Notes: generated from the sequence alone by a model not told the origin. 64,000 bases of DNA from Planctomycetota bacterium (GCA_965223265.1 OZ244999.1:4960001-5024000); one strand, 5' to 3'; positions 40,573-50,869 are shown, counted from the stretch's first letter. Made by a program: numbers and translations.

Positions 40573-40932
40573 CTACTCGCACTCTTCAACGCTCTGACAG
40601 TCAAGGCGATCGATGTTGACGTCGTAACCGCACACGGTACTGACGTCAACATCGCCAACAGCGGTCACCTGCAATAGCATGAGTGCAGTGGAAACGTCCA
40701 CGGCACCGTCGTCGTTGACGTCCTCCCGCATGAAGCGACGATCGCGACTCGACAGAAGAGTCGCACAAACCGTCACAGCACCATCAATCGAGCGGCGGAA
40801 GATCGAGCGGCGGAAGATCGAGTCGAGCGACGCGAGCTCAGCCGAAGCAAACTCCACGGCGCGCAGTTGGTTGGACGCGGCCGCGGGCGGCAGCTCGATC
40901 ACCCGCACTGCCACCTCGCCACCGGCTTTCAA
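40573..40932 (-). pseudogene. Degenerate remnant of a dockerin-like-domain gene
   Basis: RRFMREDVNDDGAVDVSTALMLL resembles half of the dockerin-like motif; 15-bp tandem duplication ATCGAGCGGCGGAAG; ends in Cys motif CQSVEECE. Confidence 0.45.
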
Positions 40933-41088
40933 TAGGCTGCGAACGAATCACGACCTCGTAGCGCGTCGACACCATGGCTGGAAAACGTCGCCCGAAGCTG
41001 GCACACTTGCGACAGATTCCATCACGCCACACCGAATTCCACGCGTCCACCAAGGGCGAGATATGCAGCCAGCCGGCGCAGAAGGCTC

Positions 41089-42831
41089 ATGACAGCTCGA
41101 AGAATCCTGCTTGCCGTGTTCTGCTCGCTTTCGTTTGCTCGCGTCGCCGCGCTCGACGATGCTTCGGACGGTCTTCCGACTTTCGAGAAGCGAAACGAAC
41201 GTGTGCTGCTCAGCGATGGCGTCGGACTCTCGACGGACATCTACCTGCCTCTCCGGCAAGGTCCATTTCCAACGCTACTCTTGCGCACGCCGTACGGTAA
41301 GGGGGGCGCTCTGCGCCAGGCTTCCTACTTCACCGCCCACGGTTATGCCGTCGTCGCGCAGGACTGCCGCGGCCGTGGCGACTCCGGCGGCGAGTTCTAC
41401 CTCTACATCAACGAAGGTCGTGATGGTTTCGAGACCCAGGAGTGGGTCGGACAGCAACCGTGGTGTAGCGGCGACGTTGGTACGTTCGGGGCTTCCTACG
41501 TCGGGGCCACGCAGTGGCTCGCGGCCCCGTTCGCGAGCCGTCACGTCAAGGTGATGGCGCCGGTAGCCACGTTCACCAATTTCTACGGCAATCTCTACCT
41601 TGGCGGCGCGCTGCGCGTCGGCCTCATCGGCCGCTGGGCCGCGTCGATGACGGCACCGAGCCGCGATGCTTTCAACGCCATCGATTTTCACCGCGCGTTT
41701 CTTCACCTACCACTCCACGAGATGGACGAGGAGTTCGGCTGGCGCATCCCGATGCTCCGGGATATGGTTTTCCACGCCGATTTCGGCGCCTACTGGCAGT
41801 CCTTCAACGTAGAGGATCGGCTCAGCGACGTCGACGTTCCCGCTCTGCACATGGTCGGCCTCTACGATTTTTTTCTCCCGGAAGTGATCAAGAGCTATCA
41901 GATGATGGTTCGATTCGCAAAGACCGATCATGCGCGGCGTAACCAGCGGCTCGTCATCGGCTCAGGCCCACACGCGGCGGTGAGCCGACAACGTGTCGGC
42001 GAAATGGACTTCGGACCTGAAGCGGAATTCGACGCAAACGGAGAGCTGAGGCGTTGGTTTGACCGGCACCTCAAAGGCATCGACAATGGAGTCGACCGAG
42101 AGCCCCCCATTCGCTACTTCGTCATGGGGCTGAACCGTTGGCGGGAGTGCCACCAATGGCCGCCACGCACGACGCGCTGGGTCGACTACTTCCTGACGAG
42201 CCGAGAGGGGGCGAACACAGCCGCCGGTGACGGAAGCCTTCAGCTCACGCCGCCAGCGAATAGTGGCACCGATCGTTTTGTCGCCGACCCCGCCGATCCG
42301 ATCCCGGCAAAGGGCGGACGCGACGCAGCTCCAACCTACTTGGACGCATGGGAACCATTCGATCAGCGCGCGATCGAACAGCACCCGGAGGTGCTGGTCT
42401 ACACCTCGCCTCCCCTCGACGAAGACGTCGAGGTGGTGGGACCTGTGCGGGCGACGCTCTACGTCGAGACAGACGCCCCAGACACCGATGTCGTCGCCAA
42501 ACTCGTCGACGTTCATCCGGACGGTTTCGCGCAGAACCTGGCGACAGGAATCCTCCGCGGCCGCTACCGGCACTCGGCGTCGCAGCCGCATCCACTCACA
42601 CCGCACAAGATCCACGAATGGACCATCGATCTGACACACGTCTCGAACCGGTTTCTCAAAGGCCACCGAATCCGCCTCGACATTGCGGGCAGCTGTTTTC
42701 CGCTCTACGATCGAAACCCAAACAACGGCGGGGATCCTCAAAGCAGAAAGAGTTTCGTTGCGACGCAAAAACTGCACCACTCACCGCAGCACCGCTCGCG
42801 ACTCACGTTGTCTGTCTCCACCATTCGTTAG
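41089..42831 (+). CDS. CocE/NonD-family (S15) hydrolase, secreted
   Basis: RTPYGK, QDCRGRGDS, nucleophile GASYVG, GLYD, GPH and a PepX_C-like C-terminal domain. Confidence 0.92.
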   Translation: MTARRILLAVFCSLSFARVAALDDASDGLPTFEKRNERVLLSDGVGLSTDIYLPLRQGPFPTLLLRTPYGKGGALRQASYFTAHGYAVVAQDCRGRGDSGGEFYLYINEGRDGFETQEWVGQQPWCSGDVGTFGASYVGATQWLAAPFASRHVKVMAPVATFTNFYGNLYLGGALRVGLIGRWAASMTAPSRDAFNAIDFHRAFLHLPLHEMDEEFGWRIPMLRDMVFHADFGAYWQSFNVEDRLSDVDVPALHMVGLYDFFLPEVIKSYQMMVRFAKTDHARRNQRLVIGSGPHAAVSRQRVGEMDFGPEAEFDANGELRRWFDRHLKGIDNGVDREPPIRYFVMGLNRWRECHQWPPRTTRWVDYFLTSREGANTAAGDGSLQLTPPANSGTDRFVADPADPIPAKGGRDAAPTYLDAWEPFDQRAIEQHPEVLVYTSPPLDEDVEVVGPVRATLYVETDAPDTDVVAKLVDVHPDGFAQNLATGILRGRYRHSASQPHPLTPHKIHEWTIDLTHVSNRFLKGHRIRLDIAGSCFPLYDRNPNNGGDPQSRKSFVATQKLHHSPQHRSRLTLSVSTIR

Positions 42832-42863
42832 TGGACGCTCGATTGACGCGACGTTTCAACACG

Positions 42864-43823
42864 GTGAGCCTCTTGAAAACTCGTAGTCTGGTGCGGCCAC
42901 CGGGTCGGGTACTGCGCGCCCAAGTGGCGATATGGATCCTCGCAGGCGCATGCCTCGCACTTTCCTCCAGCTGCTCTGACCGCCGCGGGAAACAGAGCGA
43001 GGCCAAAGACGCGCCGCCGCCGCAGCGCATTGTCTCGATGGCTCCAAGCATCACAGAGGTCCTGTTCGCACTCGGGCTGGACGCGCGAGTTGTCGGTGTA
43101 ACTGACTTCTGCCAGTATCCGCCCGCGGCACAAAAGAAGACGAAAATCGGCGGCTTTCACGACATCAACTACGAAACGTTACTCTCGATCCAACCCGACC
43201 TCGTCGTGCTCATCCCTTCACACGCCGAAGTTCGTCAGAATCTGGACGAGCTGGACATCCGCAGCGTTGTGGTCGACCAACGCAGCGTGGCCGGAATCAT
43301 TGACTCGTTCCGAATCTTGGGCGAAGCTTGCGGTGTTCGAGATGTGGCGCAGAAGCGCACGTCACGTCTGCGGCGAGAGCTCGAACGCCTCTCCGAACTC
43401 TCCAAACGCGCACCGAGTGTCCGCGCTATGATCGTTGTCGACCGCGACCGCACGGAGAGATCGATCGGCAAGGTGTTTCTCGCCGGGAAGACTTTTTACG
43501 ATGAACTTTTGAACTTGAGCGGCGGTGAGAACGTATACAAAGGCGACGTTCTCTATCCGTCGGTTTCGCAGGAACGAATCATCCGGTTCAATCCGGAAGT
43601 GATCATCGAGGTGGTTCCGGATCTCACCTCCGGTAAATGGAACCGAGACGAACTGCTCAACGATTGGTACCGAATCGACGTCCTCGACGCTGCCAAGCGT
43701 CGCCGCGTCTACCTTATCGATGCCAGCTACGCCGCGATTCCCGGGCCACGAATGACCCAAACGATCGAAGCGTTCGTAGCAGCCCTTCACCCAGGCCTCG
43801 ACCTCGAGCAAAGTGAACGCTGA
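42864..43823 (+). CDS. BtuF/FecB-type ABC substrate-binding lipoprotein
   Basis: Lipobox LSSSC; RIVSMAPSITEVLFALG, VVGVTDFC.YP and PGPR; start GTG 42864 is approximate. Confidence 0.85.
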   Translation: MSLLKTRSLVRPPGRVLRAQVAIWILAGACLALSSSCSDRRGKQSEAKDAPPPQRIVSMAPSITEVLFALGLDARVVGVTDFCQYPPAAQKKTKIGGFHDINYETLLSIQPDLVVLIPSHAEVRQNLDELDIRSVVVDQRSVAGIIDSFRILGEACGVRDVAQKRTSRLRRELERLSELSKRAPSVRAMIVVDRDRTERSIGKVFLAGKTFYDELLNLSGGENVYKGDVLYPSVSQERIIRFNPEVIIEVVPDLTSGKWNRDELLNDWYRIDVLDAAKRRRVYLIDASYAAIPGPRMTQTIEAFVAALHPGLDLEQSER

Positions 43824-44625
43824 CAACGACTCGACACCGGCAGTAGCAGTCAGAGACCTCTGTTATGCACCAGAGCGTCGCAAGTCGACCTGGCTCTTGG
43901 ATCACGTGACCTTTCGGATCCAATCCGGTGAGTTCGTCTCCGTCATCGGTGCGAACGGAGCGGGAAAGACGACGTTAGCGCGCTGTCTCATTCGCTTCGT
44001 GGACAAGACAAGCGGCGGGATCGATCTCTTCGGCCGCGATCAGACTGACTATTGTCAGAAGGAACTCGCCCGCCTGATCGGTTACGTGCCGCAAAATACC
44101 CACTACACCGGCGCATTCAGCGTACAAGATTTCTGTCTCTTGTCGCGCTTCCCGCACACCCGGCGGTTTGCCCCGGTCTCGCAGGAAGACCGCGATCATG
44201 TCGAGAACGCGCTCGAGATCACAGGCACTCTCAGTTTCGCGACCCGTCAGGTCGCGACGCTCAGCGGTGGAGAGCGACAAAGGGTGTTTCTCGCGGCGGC
44301 TCTCGCTCAACAAACAAAGATCCTGCTGATTGACGAGCCAACGGCTCACCTTGACTATCTACACCAACACCAAGTCATCGACATCCTGATGCGGATGAAT
44401 CGAGAGCAACACGTCACAGTCATCGCGATCACCCACGATCTTCATCATGCAGTGCTCGCGAGTCACCGAGTCATCGCGCTCAAGTCTGGACAGATGACGT
44501 TTAACGGTGCGCCCAGCGACCTTGTGAAGGGCGGCAATCTCCGGGCAGTCTACGGAGTCGACTTCCAAGTCTTGCGCCACGAAGCGAGCGGTGAAACCAC
44601 CCTCGTCCCGCGACGACAGCCATGA
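43813..44625 (+). CDS. Cobalamin/iron-siderophore ABC ATP-binding protein
   Basis: GANGAGKT, LSGGERQR, LLIDEPTAHLD and THDL. Confidence 0.92.
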   Translation: MNADNDSTPAVAVRDLCYAPERRKSTWLLDHVTFRIQSGEFVSVIGANGAGKTTLARCLIRFVDKTSGGIDLFGRDQTDYCQKELARLIGYVPQNTHYTGAFSVQDFCLLSRFPHTRRFAPVSQEDRDHVENALEITGTLSFATRQVATLSGGERQRVFLAAALAQQTKILLIDEPTAHLDYLHQHQVIDILMRMNREQHVTVIAITHDLHHAVLASHRVIALKSGQMTFNGAPSDLVKGGNLRAVYGVDFQVLRHEASGETTLVPRRQP

Positions 44626-45587
44626 CCAAATCGCTGCAGCTCGTTGTCATCGCGTTTGTCTCGGCGGCGGCTTTCGCCGCGACCGCCTTCATGGGAGAGC
44701 CCCTGCCTAGCGGCGAGCATGGCGAATACGTCCTCCACAAACTGCGCCTACCGCGCGCAACATTCAGTTTTCTCGCGGGCTCAGCGCTCGGGGTCAGCGG
44801 CATGGCGTTTCAAGCGCTCTTTCGCAATGCACTCGCGACCCCCTTCACTCTTGGCGTCGCCACCGGCGCCCATCTTGGCGCCGCCATCGCGATTCGCCTC
44901 GGCGTCGGACTCTCGGTACTCGGCGGGTCAGCGGTATCGTCGTGCGCGTTCGCCGGCGCTCTCGGTGCAATCGTCCTCATCAAGGCTCTCGCCTGGTCTC
45001 GCCGGCGCAGCGGCAGCGCCAACCTGCTGCTCACTGGAATTGCACTTAACTACTTCTTCACGAGTTTGATTCTCTTCCTCCAGTACACCAGCTCTCTTCA
45101 GGATCGTGTCAGCATGCTGCATTGGCTCATGGGGGATCTCAACGTCGTTGGGTTCAGGAAGGTCTGGTTCGTGTTGCCGTGTACGATCGTCGGCGTCAGC
45201 ATCCTCGGCTGTCTCAGCAAAGAGTTGAATCTACTTTCGATCGACGATGAGCTGGCGGTTAGTCGCGGTGTCAACACTCGGCGGAGCGAACGCATCATTT
45301 TGCTCACTTCCGCGCTCCTCGTTGGAGCCGTCGTCGCAGTCGCCGGCCCGATCGCATTCGTCGGCCTCATTACCCCCCACATCATGCGCTTGGTCGTCGG
45401 ACCGGATCACCGCCACTTGGCTCCAGCAACGGCGCTCTTCGGTGGCGCGTTCCTCTGCATCTGCGACCTCGTCGCGCGATCGTTCAGCGCACACGACGTC
45501 ATGCCGGTTAACATCGTAACGGCATTCCTCGGCGGCGCGTTCTTTCTCTTTCTTCTTCTGCGTCGTCCCAGCGCTTCGCGAACTTAG
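44622..45587 (+). CDS. FecCD/BtuC-family ABC permease
   Basis: LRLPR, QALFRNALATPFTLGV, WLMGD and GPIAFVGLITPH. Confidence 0.92.
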   Translation: MTKSLQLVVIAFVSAAAFAATAFMGEPLPSGEHGEYVLHKLRLPRATFSFLAGSALGVSGMAFQALFRNALATPFTLGVATGAHLGAAIAIRLGVGLSVLGGSAVSSCAFAGALGAIVLIKALAWSRRRSGSANLLLTGIALNYFFTSLILFLQYTSSLQDRVSMLHWLMGDLNVVGFRKVWFVLPCTIVGVSILGCLSKELNLLSIDDELAVSRGVNTRRSERIILLTSALLVGAVVAVAGPIAFVGLITPHIMRLVVGPDHRHLAPATALFGGAFLCICDLVARSFSAHDVMPVNIVTAFLGGAFFLFLLLRRPSASRT

Positions 45588-45589
45588 CG

Positions 45590-46846
45590 TTAGGAACTCG
45601 ATTTACCGCTCAGCACCGCGGGCGCAGACACGCGGCTGTGGTCGTAACCGTCGTAAACGCCGAAATCGTTGAACCAGAAACGCTTCGCGACGCGGTAAAA
45701 CCAATTCTTCTCGGGAATCTCGCCGCCGGGGTTGTACTGCGATGTACGAGTCTCCATGGCGACGAGCTCGGCGAGCGCCGTGCCTCGAGCCGTGGAATCT
45801 TTCGCGTCGTGTCGCTCGATCAGCTCGCGAAGAAGATCGGGCCTCTCAAGCACGATGCAGCCACGCGTCGTCGACGCCGCCAAGCGGCGAAAATCGCGCA
45901 GAAACTCCGATTCAACAAACTTGTCCCTCAGAGACCTCGACGCATCGTGAATCGACTCCTTACTAAACTGCACAATCGGACACGGCTCGATGTCGCCCCA
46001 AGGGTTGATGTGGTGGCTCACACCGTTCGCGGCTGGGCAGAGCGCTTTCCCCTCGCCGTCAAAATAGGCGTCGATGATCACAATGGGTTTGCGCGCGCGC
46101 ATCTCGACGACAAATTTCCGCGCCTGGAGCTGCTGCTCAGGTGTCAAGCAGAGATCGGGACACGCATCGGGACCCATCGGACGGTAGACATGGAACCAGG
46201 TGTAGAAGACTCCCATTTCTATCAATCGATCGACCCACGCCTCGGTGAGCAAGTCGTCGATATTGGTACGGCACAAGCTGGTGCAGACACCTGTGAGAAC
46301 TTTGTGCTTCAGACAGTTCTCTATGCCCTCGAGCGACTTGTTGTAGACACCAGGTCGACCACGCCGCTCGTCGCTGACGATTTCGTTCCCTTCAACGCTG
46401 ATGAGAGGAGTTACGTTGCCCAGCCGGCGCAGGTCTCGCGCGACTTCGTCGGAGATGAAGTGCCCGTTCGTGAAGACCTGAAAGTAGCAATCTGGATGCG
46501 CCGCGAGAATCTCCATCAGTTCCGGGTGAAGAAATGGCTCACCACCGACGATGCCAAAGAAGACGTTGCCCATCTCCTTGGCCTCGGAGATCAGCCTATG
46601 CATGGCGGTCGCATCAATCGTCTGCTGTTTCGAAGCGACATCAACCCAACAACCTTGACAGCGAAGGTTGCAGCTGTTGATCACTGACACATACAGGAAC
46701 GGTGGGAAGTACTCGCCGCGACGCAGCCGCTTCTTGTGGCGCCTAACCGACCTCACTCCTTTGAAGCCGAGATTGACGATTAGCTTCCAAAGAAGCCGCT
46801 TGTCGGTTTCAAGGAGAGCCCGCTTCGCCATTTTGATCGTATACAT
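45590..46846 (-). CDS. Radical SAM (SPASM/twitch-type) protein
   Basis: CNLRCQGC, GGEPF, FTNG, and C-terminal CPAA...GDIEPCP. Confidence 0.9.
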   Translation of the reverse strand: MYTIKMAKRALLETDKRLLWKLIVNLGFKGVRSVRRHKKRLRRGEYFPPFLYVSVINSCNLRCQGCWVDVASKQQTIDATAMHRLISEAKEMGNVFFGIVGGEPFLHPELMEILAAHPDCYFQVFTNGHFISDEVARDLRRLGNVTPLISVEGNEIVSDERRGRPGVYNKSLEGIENCLKHKVLTGVCTSLCRTNIDDLLTEAWVDRLIEMGVFYTWFHVYRPMGPDACPDLCLTPEQQLQARKFVVEMRARKPIVIIDAYFDGEGKALCPAANGVSHHINPWGDIEPCPIVQFSKESIHDASRSLRDKFVESEFLRDFRRLAASTTRGCIVLERPDLLRELIERHDAKDSTARGTALAELVAMETRTSQYNPGGEIPEKNWFYRVAKRFWFNDFGVYDGYDHSRVSAPAVLSGKSSS

Positions 46847-46873
46847 TCCTCGATCTCCACGCGCGATGGTCGG

Positions 46874-47851
46874 CTACCCAACACCCGACCAGTCTGAGTC
46901 GCCTTCGTGGATCCGCGTGCGGTTTTTCCCGGCACGCTTCGCCTCAAGACACATCTGATCGGCAAGCGCAATGAGCTCTTCGATTTCGACGCAGTGCACC
47001 GGATACGTCGCCCCACCGATGCTGAGCGTCACATGATCGTCTGAGCGTACCGAATCTGACGTCGACTCGCCACCGACAATCTCACTGAGCGATGCAGACC
47101 ATAGAGCAACCTGCTCACTGTCTGAGCTCGCGGGCACGCTGTCGTCCGGGCGCACTTTCATCGATTGCGTCGAACGCCTGATACGCTCCGAAAGCACGTG
47201 CGCTTCCGCAGGGCCGGCCTGCGGCAAGATAATAGCGAACTCGTCGCCGCCATATCGACAAACGTAGTCTGTCTCACGCGTCGTCTCCTTCAGCGCCGTC
47301 CCCACCTTGCGCAAAACCACGTCGCCAAAAACATGACCATGCTCATCGTTGACGCTCTTGAAGTCATCGACGTCGAGGATCAAGAGCGAGAGCATGTGAC
47401 CATAGCGCCGCGCACGATGAAACTCAGTCTTCAGGACGTCCTGGAAAAACCGTCGAGTGTAGACGGATGTGACCTCGTCGATGTTGACGTAGCTCAGGAT
47501 GCTCTCGAATTCCGGGCGCGCGACAATCCGCACGCCCCTCAAAGAATGGGGGCCACTCGAGAAGTAGTCGAGCGCCGCGACGCGAAAGCACACAGTCCTA
47601 TTGAGGTGTCCCTGCAGCTCAGTCTTGTGCTGCATAATCGCGCCCCAGATCTCCTTGGCTTCCTCCGGCGAAAAACGGCGGAGGGTCAAAAGGTAGAGGA
47701 GGTCTGGGTACAAGCTTTCGGAACAGCGACCAAGCCTGGAGATCAACTCCTGTAGGTCCTGCGGCGAATCCAGATGCCGATCTTGACCGAGCACCTCGAT
47801 CAAGTCGATCCCTTGTTCCTCGAGCTCGCGAAGCTCGTCAAAGCAGCTCAT
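46874..47851 (-). CDS. Diguanylate cyclase (GGDEF)
   Basis: DVDDFKSVND.HGH..GD, I-site RETD, RYGGDEF and AKRAGKN. Confidence 0.92.
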   Translation of the reverse strand: MSCFDELRELEEQGIDLIEVLGQDRHLDSPQDLQELISRLGRCSESLYPDLLYLLTLRRFSPEEAKEIWGAIMQHKTELQGHLNRTVCFRVAALDYFSSGPHSLRGVRIVARPEFESILSYVNIDEVTSVYTRRFFQDVLKTEFHRARRYGHMLSLLILDVDDFKSVNDEHGHVFGDVVLRKVGTALKETTRETDYVCRYGGDEFAIILPQAGPAEAHVLSERIRRSTQSMKVRPDDSVPASSDSEQVALWSASLSEIVGGESTSDSVRSDDHVTLSIGGATYPVHCVEIEELIALADQMCLEAKRAGKNRTRIHEGDSDWSGVG

Positions 47852-48140
47852 ACGCGTATTCTATCGGCGAGATAGAGTCACGCAAAGCAGCATCGTGAGA
47901 TCAAGTGCGTCCGTGCACGCACCAGTTCAACGTGTCGACGAGAGGCGGATTCCGTCACGAAATCTAAGGCTTGCTGCCACCGCGGTCACATTCGACAGCT
48001 GACATCAAGGGATGATTCGCGCCGAAGCCAGCAAGTCGCGCCAACGATTTTTCGGTCTGGTTATAGGTCGGGCACCAGTCGTTCGGCGTCGTCGCCTTTC
48101 GTAGGAGGCGGACCCACGACAATCCGGCGAACGGTTCTCT

Positions 48141-48542
48141 CTATGTGATGTTCGGGTTGAGCCCGATCGTCGCTCGAGACTCAGTCGTCTTGAGTGCGTC
48201 GATCTCGCGAAAGACTTCGTCTGCCGCGTACGGCTTTTCGAAGTATGAGACATGTACCCAGTCGGGAGTCAGGTCACGGAACTGGGTTGTCTCTTCCCCG
48301 AAGACAAAGAGAGGAATCGTGACACCTCGCTCTTCGCAGAAATCGAAGAACTCGCGAGCGTTCTCCTGCGACACCTCTGTGTGCATGACCAAAAGGTTCA
48401 TCCCCCTTTGCGTCAGAACCGTTTTCGCAACCTCGACTGACAGTGCGATCTCGATCTCGAATCGCTTGTTGTCGAGAAGGTTTCGCACCTCGTATGTGTG
48501 CTCCTTTGACTGCCCCAGGAGGAGTATGCGGCCGCGATCCAT
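48141..48542 (-). CDS. Atypical receiver-like (CheY-fold) protein
   Basis: RILLLG..., LLVMH at the phospho-Asp position, IPLFVFG and YFEKPY. Confidence 0.65.
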   Translation of the reverse strand: MDRGRILLLGQSKEHTYEVRNLLDNKRFEIEIALSVEVAKTVLTQRGMNLLVMHTEVSQENAREFFDFCEERGVTIPLFVFGEETTQFRDLTPDWVHVSYFEKPYAADEVFREIDALKTTESRATIGLNPNIT

Positions 48543-48685
48543 CTGAAACCTCGAATGAAAAGTTCACCGACCGGCAGACGCGAACCCGAGTCGGCCGGTC
48601 GCGACGATTTGGACACTCCCAGCGACCGCGTGACTTTCTCGGAACCACGCCTACAGACGTTCGCAGCGACGTACGCTCCGGCTAA

Positions 48686-48841
48686 CAGCCCGTTGAAAAG
48701 TGCTTCGAGTCGAAAACTGGTCGCTTCGCGTCCAGATCGGTCGCGGCGAACGCAGGTAATCTCCGAGATTATCGAGGCTCGCCGCGGTCGAGCTGAGCGT
48801 GAAGAGGCCAGTTTCTCAGCCGAATGACTTTCAACGGGCTG
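48686..48841 (+). mobile_element. MITE family 1, copy 4
   Basis: CAGCCCGTTGAAAAGT...ACTTTCAACGGGCTG flanked by CTAA/CTAA. Confidence 0.88.
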
Positions 48842-48970
48842 CTAAGCCACACTGCGATCACACTCCTCAATCGGCGTGGCGTCCGAAAACCTTGAGCTTC
48901 TCGGCATATCGCGGCGGTGAGCACCCCAGTCCTTCCCGTGACAGCGTCGAGGGAGAAACCGGTCAAGCCC

Positions 48971-49840
48971 CTATTGGGGCGAGAACATGTGCAAAAAGTA
49001 AGAGAGCGTCGGCCTCAGGTCCTCCCGGTCGACGATCTGATCGAGGAATCCGTGCTCGAGGAGAAACTCCGAGGTCTGGAATCCCTCCGGGATTTCGGAT
49101 TTGATCGTTTGGCGGATGACGTTCGGTCCAGCGAACCCGATCAGGGCTTTCGGTTCCGCCAACACCACGTCTCCGAGCGCAGCAAAGCTCGCCATGGCGC
49201 CGCCCATCGTCGGGTTGGTCAAAACGGAGATGAAGAGTCCGCGGTGCCGGTCAAATTCTGCCAATGCACCGCTGGTCTTCGCCATCTGCATGAGAGAAAA
49301 AATGCCTTCGTCCATGCGCGCCCCACCGCCGGACCCGCTGATGAAAATGAACGGCAACCGGCGCTCGCAGGCGAGCTCAGTCGCACGACAAATCTTCTCC
49401 CCGACGACGGAGCCCATACTGCCGCGGAGAAACCGCGAGTCGCTGACGCCAAACACTACGTCGATTCCATCGATCGTACCCGTGCCGACAACGCAGGCGT
49501 CGCGCAGCTGGGTCATCTTTTGGGCCGCGGCAAGACGATCCTTGTAAGCCTTCAACGCGCGGAACTCGAGGGGGTCTAGCGGCGCGAGATCCTGACAGAA
49601 CTCTTCGAAGCTGCCCTCATCGAGAATGACCTCGATTCTCTGCCGGCTCGCTATCTCGAAATGGTAGTTGCACTCAGGGCAGACGTTCAGCTTCTCCGCC
49701 ACCTTCGGCTTGTAGATCAGCTTGCTACATGACGGACACTTCATCCACAGGTTGGCCGGCATGTCTTTGCGCCGACGACCGGACTCCACCTGACCGTCGC
49801 GTTCGGGCTCACTGCGCTCAGTCGATCCTGTCTCGTTCAT
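48971..49840 (-). CDS. accD: Acetyl-CoA carboxylase carboxyltransferase beta subunit
   Basis: LWMKCPSC...VCPEC zinc finger, GSMGSVVGEK, GARMDEG, LIGFAGP and FQTSEFLLEHG. Confidence 0.96.
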   Translation of the reverse strand: MNETGSTERSEPERDGQVESGRRRKDMPANLWMKCPSCSKLIYKPKVAEKLNVCPECNYHFEIASRQRIEVILDEGSFEEFCQDLAPLDPLEFRALKAYKDRLAAAQKMTQLRDACVVGTGTIDGIDVVFGVSDSRFLRGSMGSVVGEKICRATELACERRLPFIFISGSGGGARMDEGIFSLMQMAKTSGALAEFDRHRGLFISVLTNPTMGGAMASFAALGDVVLAEPKALIGFAGPNVIRQTIKSEIPEGFQTSEFLLEHGFLDQIVDREDLRPTLSYFLHMFSPQ

Positions 49841-50016
49841 GCTCCTCGTGATTCACTTTGCGCTGTCTTTGGTTCACCGTCTTGCCCCTTCGAGTCGAAC
49901 CACATCTGTAGAAACGCGTACGGGCGTGCCATCGGCTTGGCTTCAGGGAACACCACGTTGTGAGATTCGGTTGGCATCCGAGTCACTCGAGTCAACGCCG
50001 TCATACGTACTCGACG

Positions 50017-50685
50017 TCAAAGGAGGGCCTGCCTCATCTTTGCTACAGCAGCAGCGGGATCGCCTCCAGAAAAAATCGAATTGCCGGCGACGAACACATT
50101 CGCACCGGCGTCGCGGGCAGCTACGATTGTCTCCCTGTTGATACCACCGTCAACCTCTATATCAAGCCGCTTCCCGCCCATGAGGTTCGACGCCTTCTCC
50201 CACTCTCGAAGTGATCGTACCTTCTCCAGATTCTCAGCCATGAATGCCTGCCCACCGAAGCCGGGTTGAACAGTCATGACGAGAATCATGTCGAAGTCGT
50301 GGGCGACGGGAAGGACGCGCTCGAGGTTCGTCTCAGGATTGACAGCCAGTCCCGCCGTCAACCCGGCGGCATGGAGGCGTGATGCGAGTGCCTGTGGCTC
50401 TGGCGTCACCTCGACGTGAAACGATACGTGCGCTGCGCCAGCCTCGATGAAGGCATCAATGTAAGCTCCCGGGTCCGTGATCATGAGATGGACGTCAAGC
50501 GGCAGCCGAGTGGACCGTCTCAACGCCTCCACCACGATGGGGCCCATCGTCAGATTCGGCACGAAGTGGCCGTCCATGACGTCGACGTGCACTTGGTCCG
50601 CACCCGCAGCCTCAAGACCAGAGACCTGAGCTCCAAGCTCGGCGAAGTCTGCCGAAAGAACCGAAGGCGCCAATCGAAACTTCAT
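50017..50685 (-). CDS. rpe: Ribulose-phosphate 3-epimerase
   Basis: APSVLSADF, HVDVMDGHFVPN, DVHLM, MTVQPGFGGQ and EVDGG; start ATG 50685. Confidence 0.96.
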   Translation of the reverse strand: MKFRLAPSVLSADFAELGAQVSGLEAAGADQVHVDVMDGHFVPNLTMGPIVVEALRRSTRLPLDVHLMITDPGAYIDAFIEAGAAHVSFHVEVTPEPQALASRLHAAGLTAGLAVNPETNLERVLPVAHDFDMILVMTVQPGFGGQAFMAENLEKVRSLREWEKASNLMGGKRLDIEVDGGINRETIVAARDAGANVFVAGNSIFSGGDPAAAVAKMRQALL

Positions 50686-50799
50686 GCGGAGTGAGTTTAC
50701 CCGATCGGCAGCCTCAGCCAGCCGAAAATCCACTGGCCGGCAGACTGGTTCTCCACGTCCGATTCCCACTTCCACGTCAGACGCGCGGTCTATACAACC

Positions 50800-50846
50800 A
50801 AAAAAAAAGGGAGCCGAGTCCCCACGATGGAAACTCGGCTTCCCTT
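50800..50846 (-). terminator. Rho-independent terminator of the pilin gene
   Basis: Minus strand AAGGGAAGCCGAGT...ACTCGGCTCCCTTTTTTTTT. Confidence 0.85.
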
Positions 50847-50869
50847 GACTGAATCGGATCGGCGAATGT

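Noticed and set aside
40998-41011. sigma54-like TGGCAC..TTGC upstream of the CocE gene
   Set aside because: Spacing between TGGCAC and TTGC is too short for the required N5
42348-42863. Long N-terminal extensions in the ORF track (BtuF-like 42348, LolA 10150, PurQ 59391, AAA 24767)
   Set aside because: They overlap neighbouring genes or MITEs; downstream starts with RBS or stop-start coupling fit better
42780-42870. Cobalamin riboswitch before the BtuF-like ABC operon
   Set aside because: Only ~30 nt separate it from the upstream gene and no B12-box is visible; the substrate remains unassigned
45638-46687. Long antisense or alternate-frame ORFs (e.g. 7180-7842, 22018-23190, 38268-39179, 45638-46687)
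   Set aside because: Shadow ORFs expected opposite GC-rich genes that have clear motifs; no independent motifs of their own
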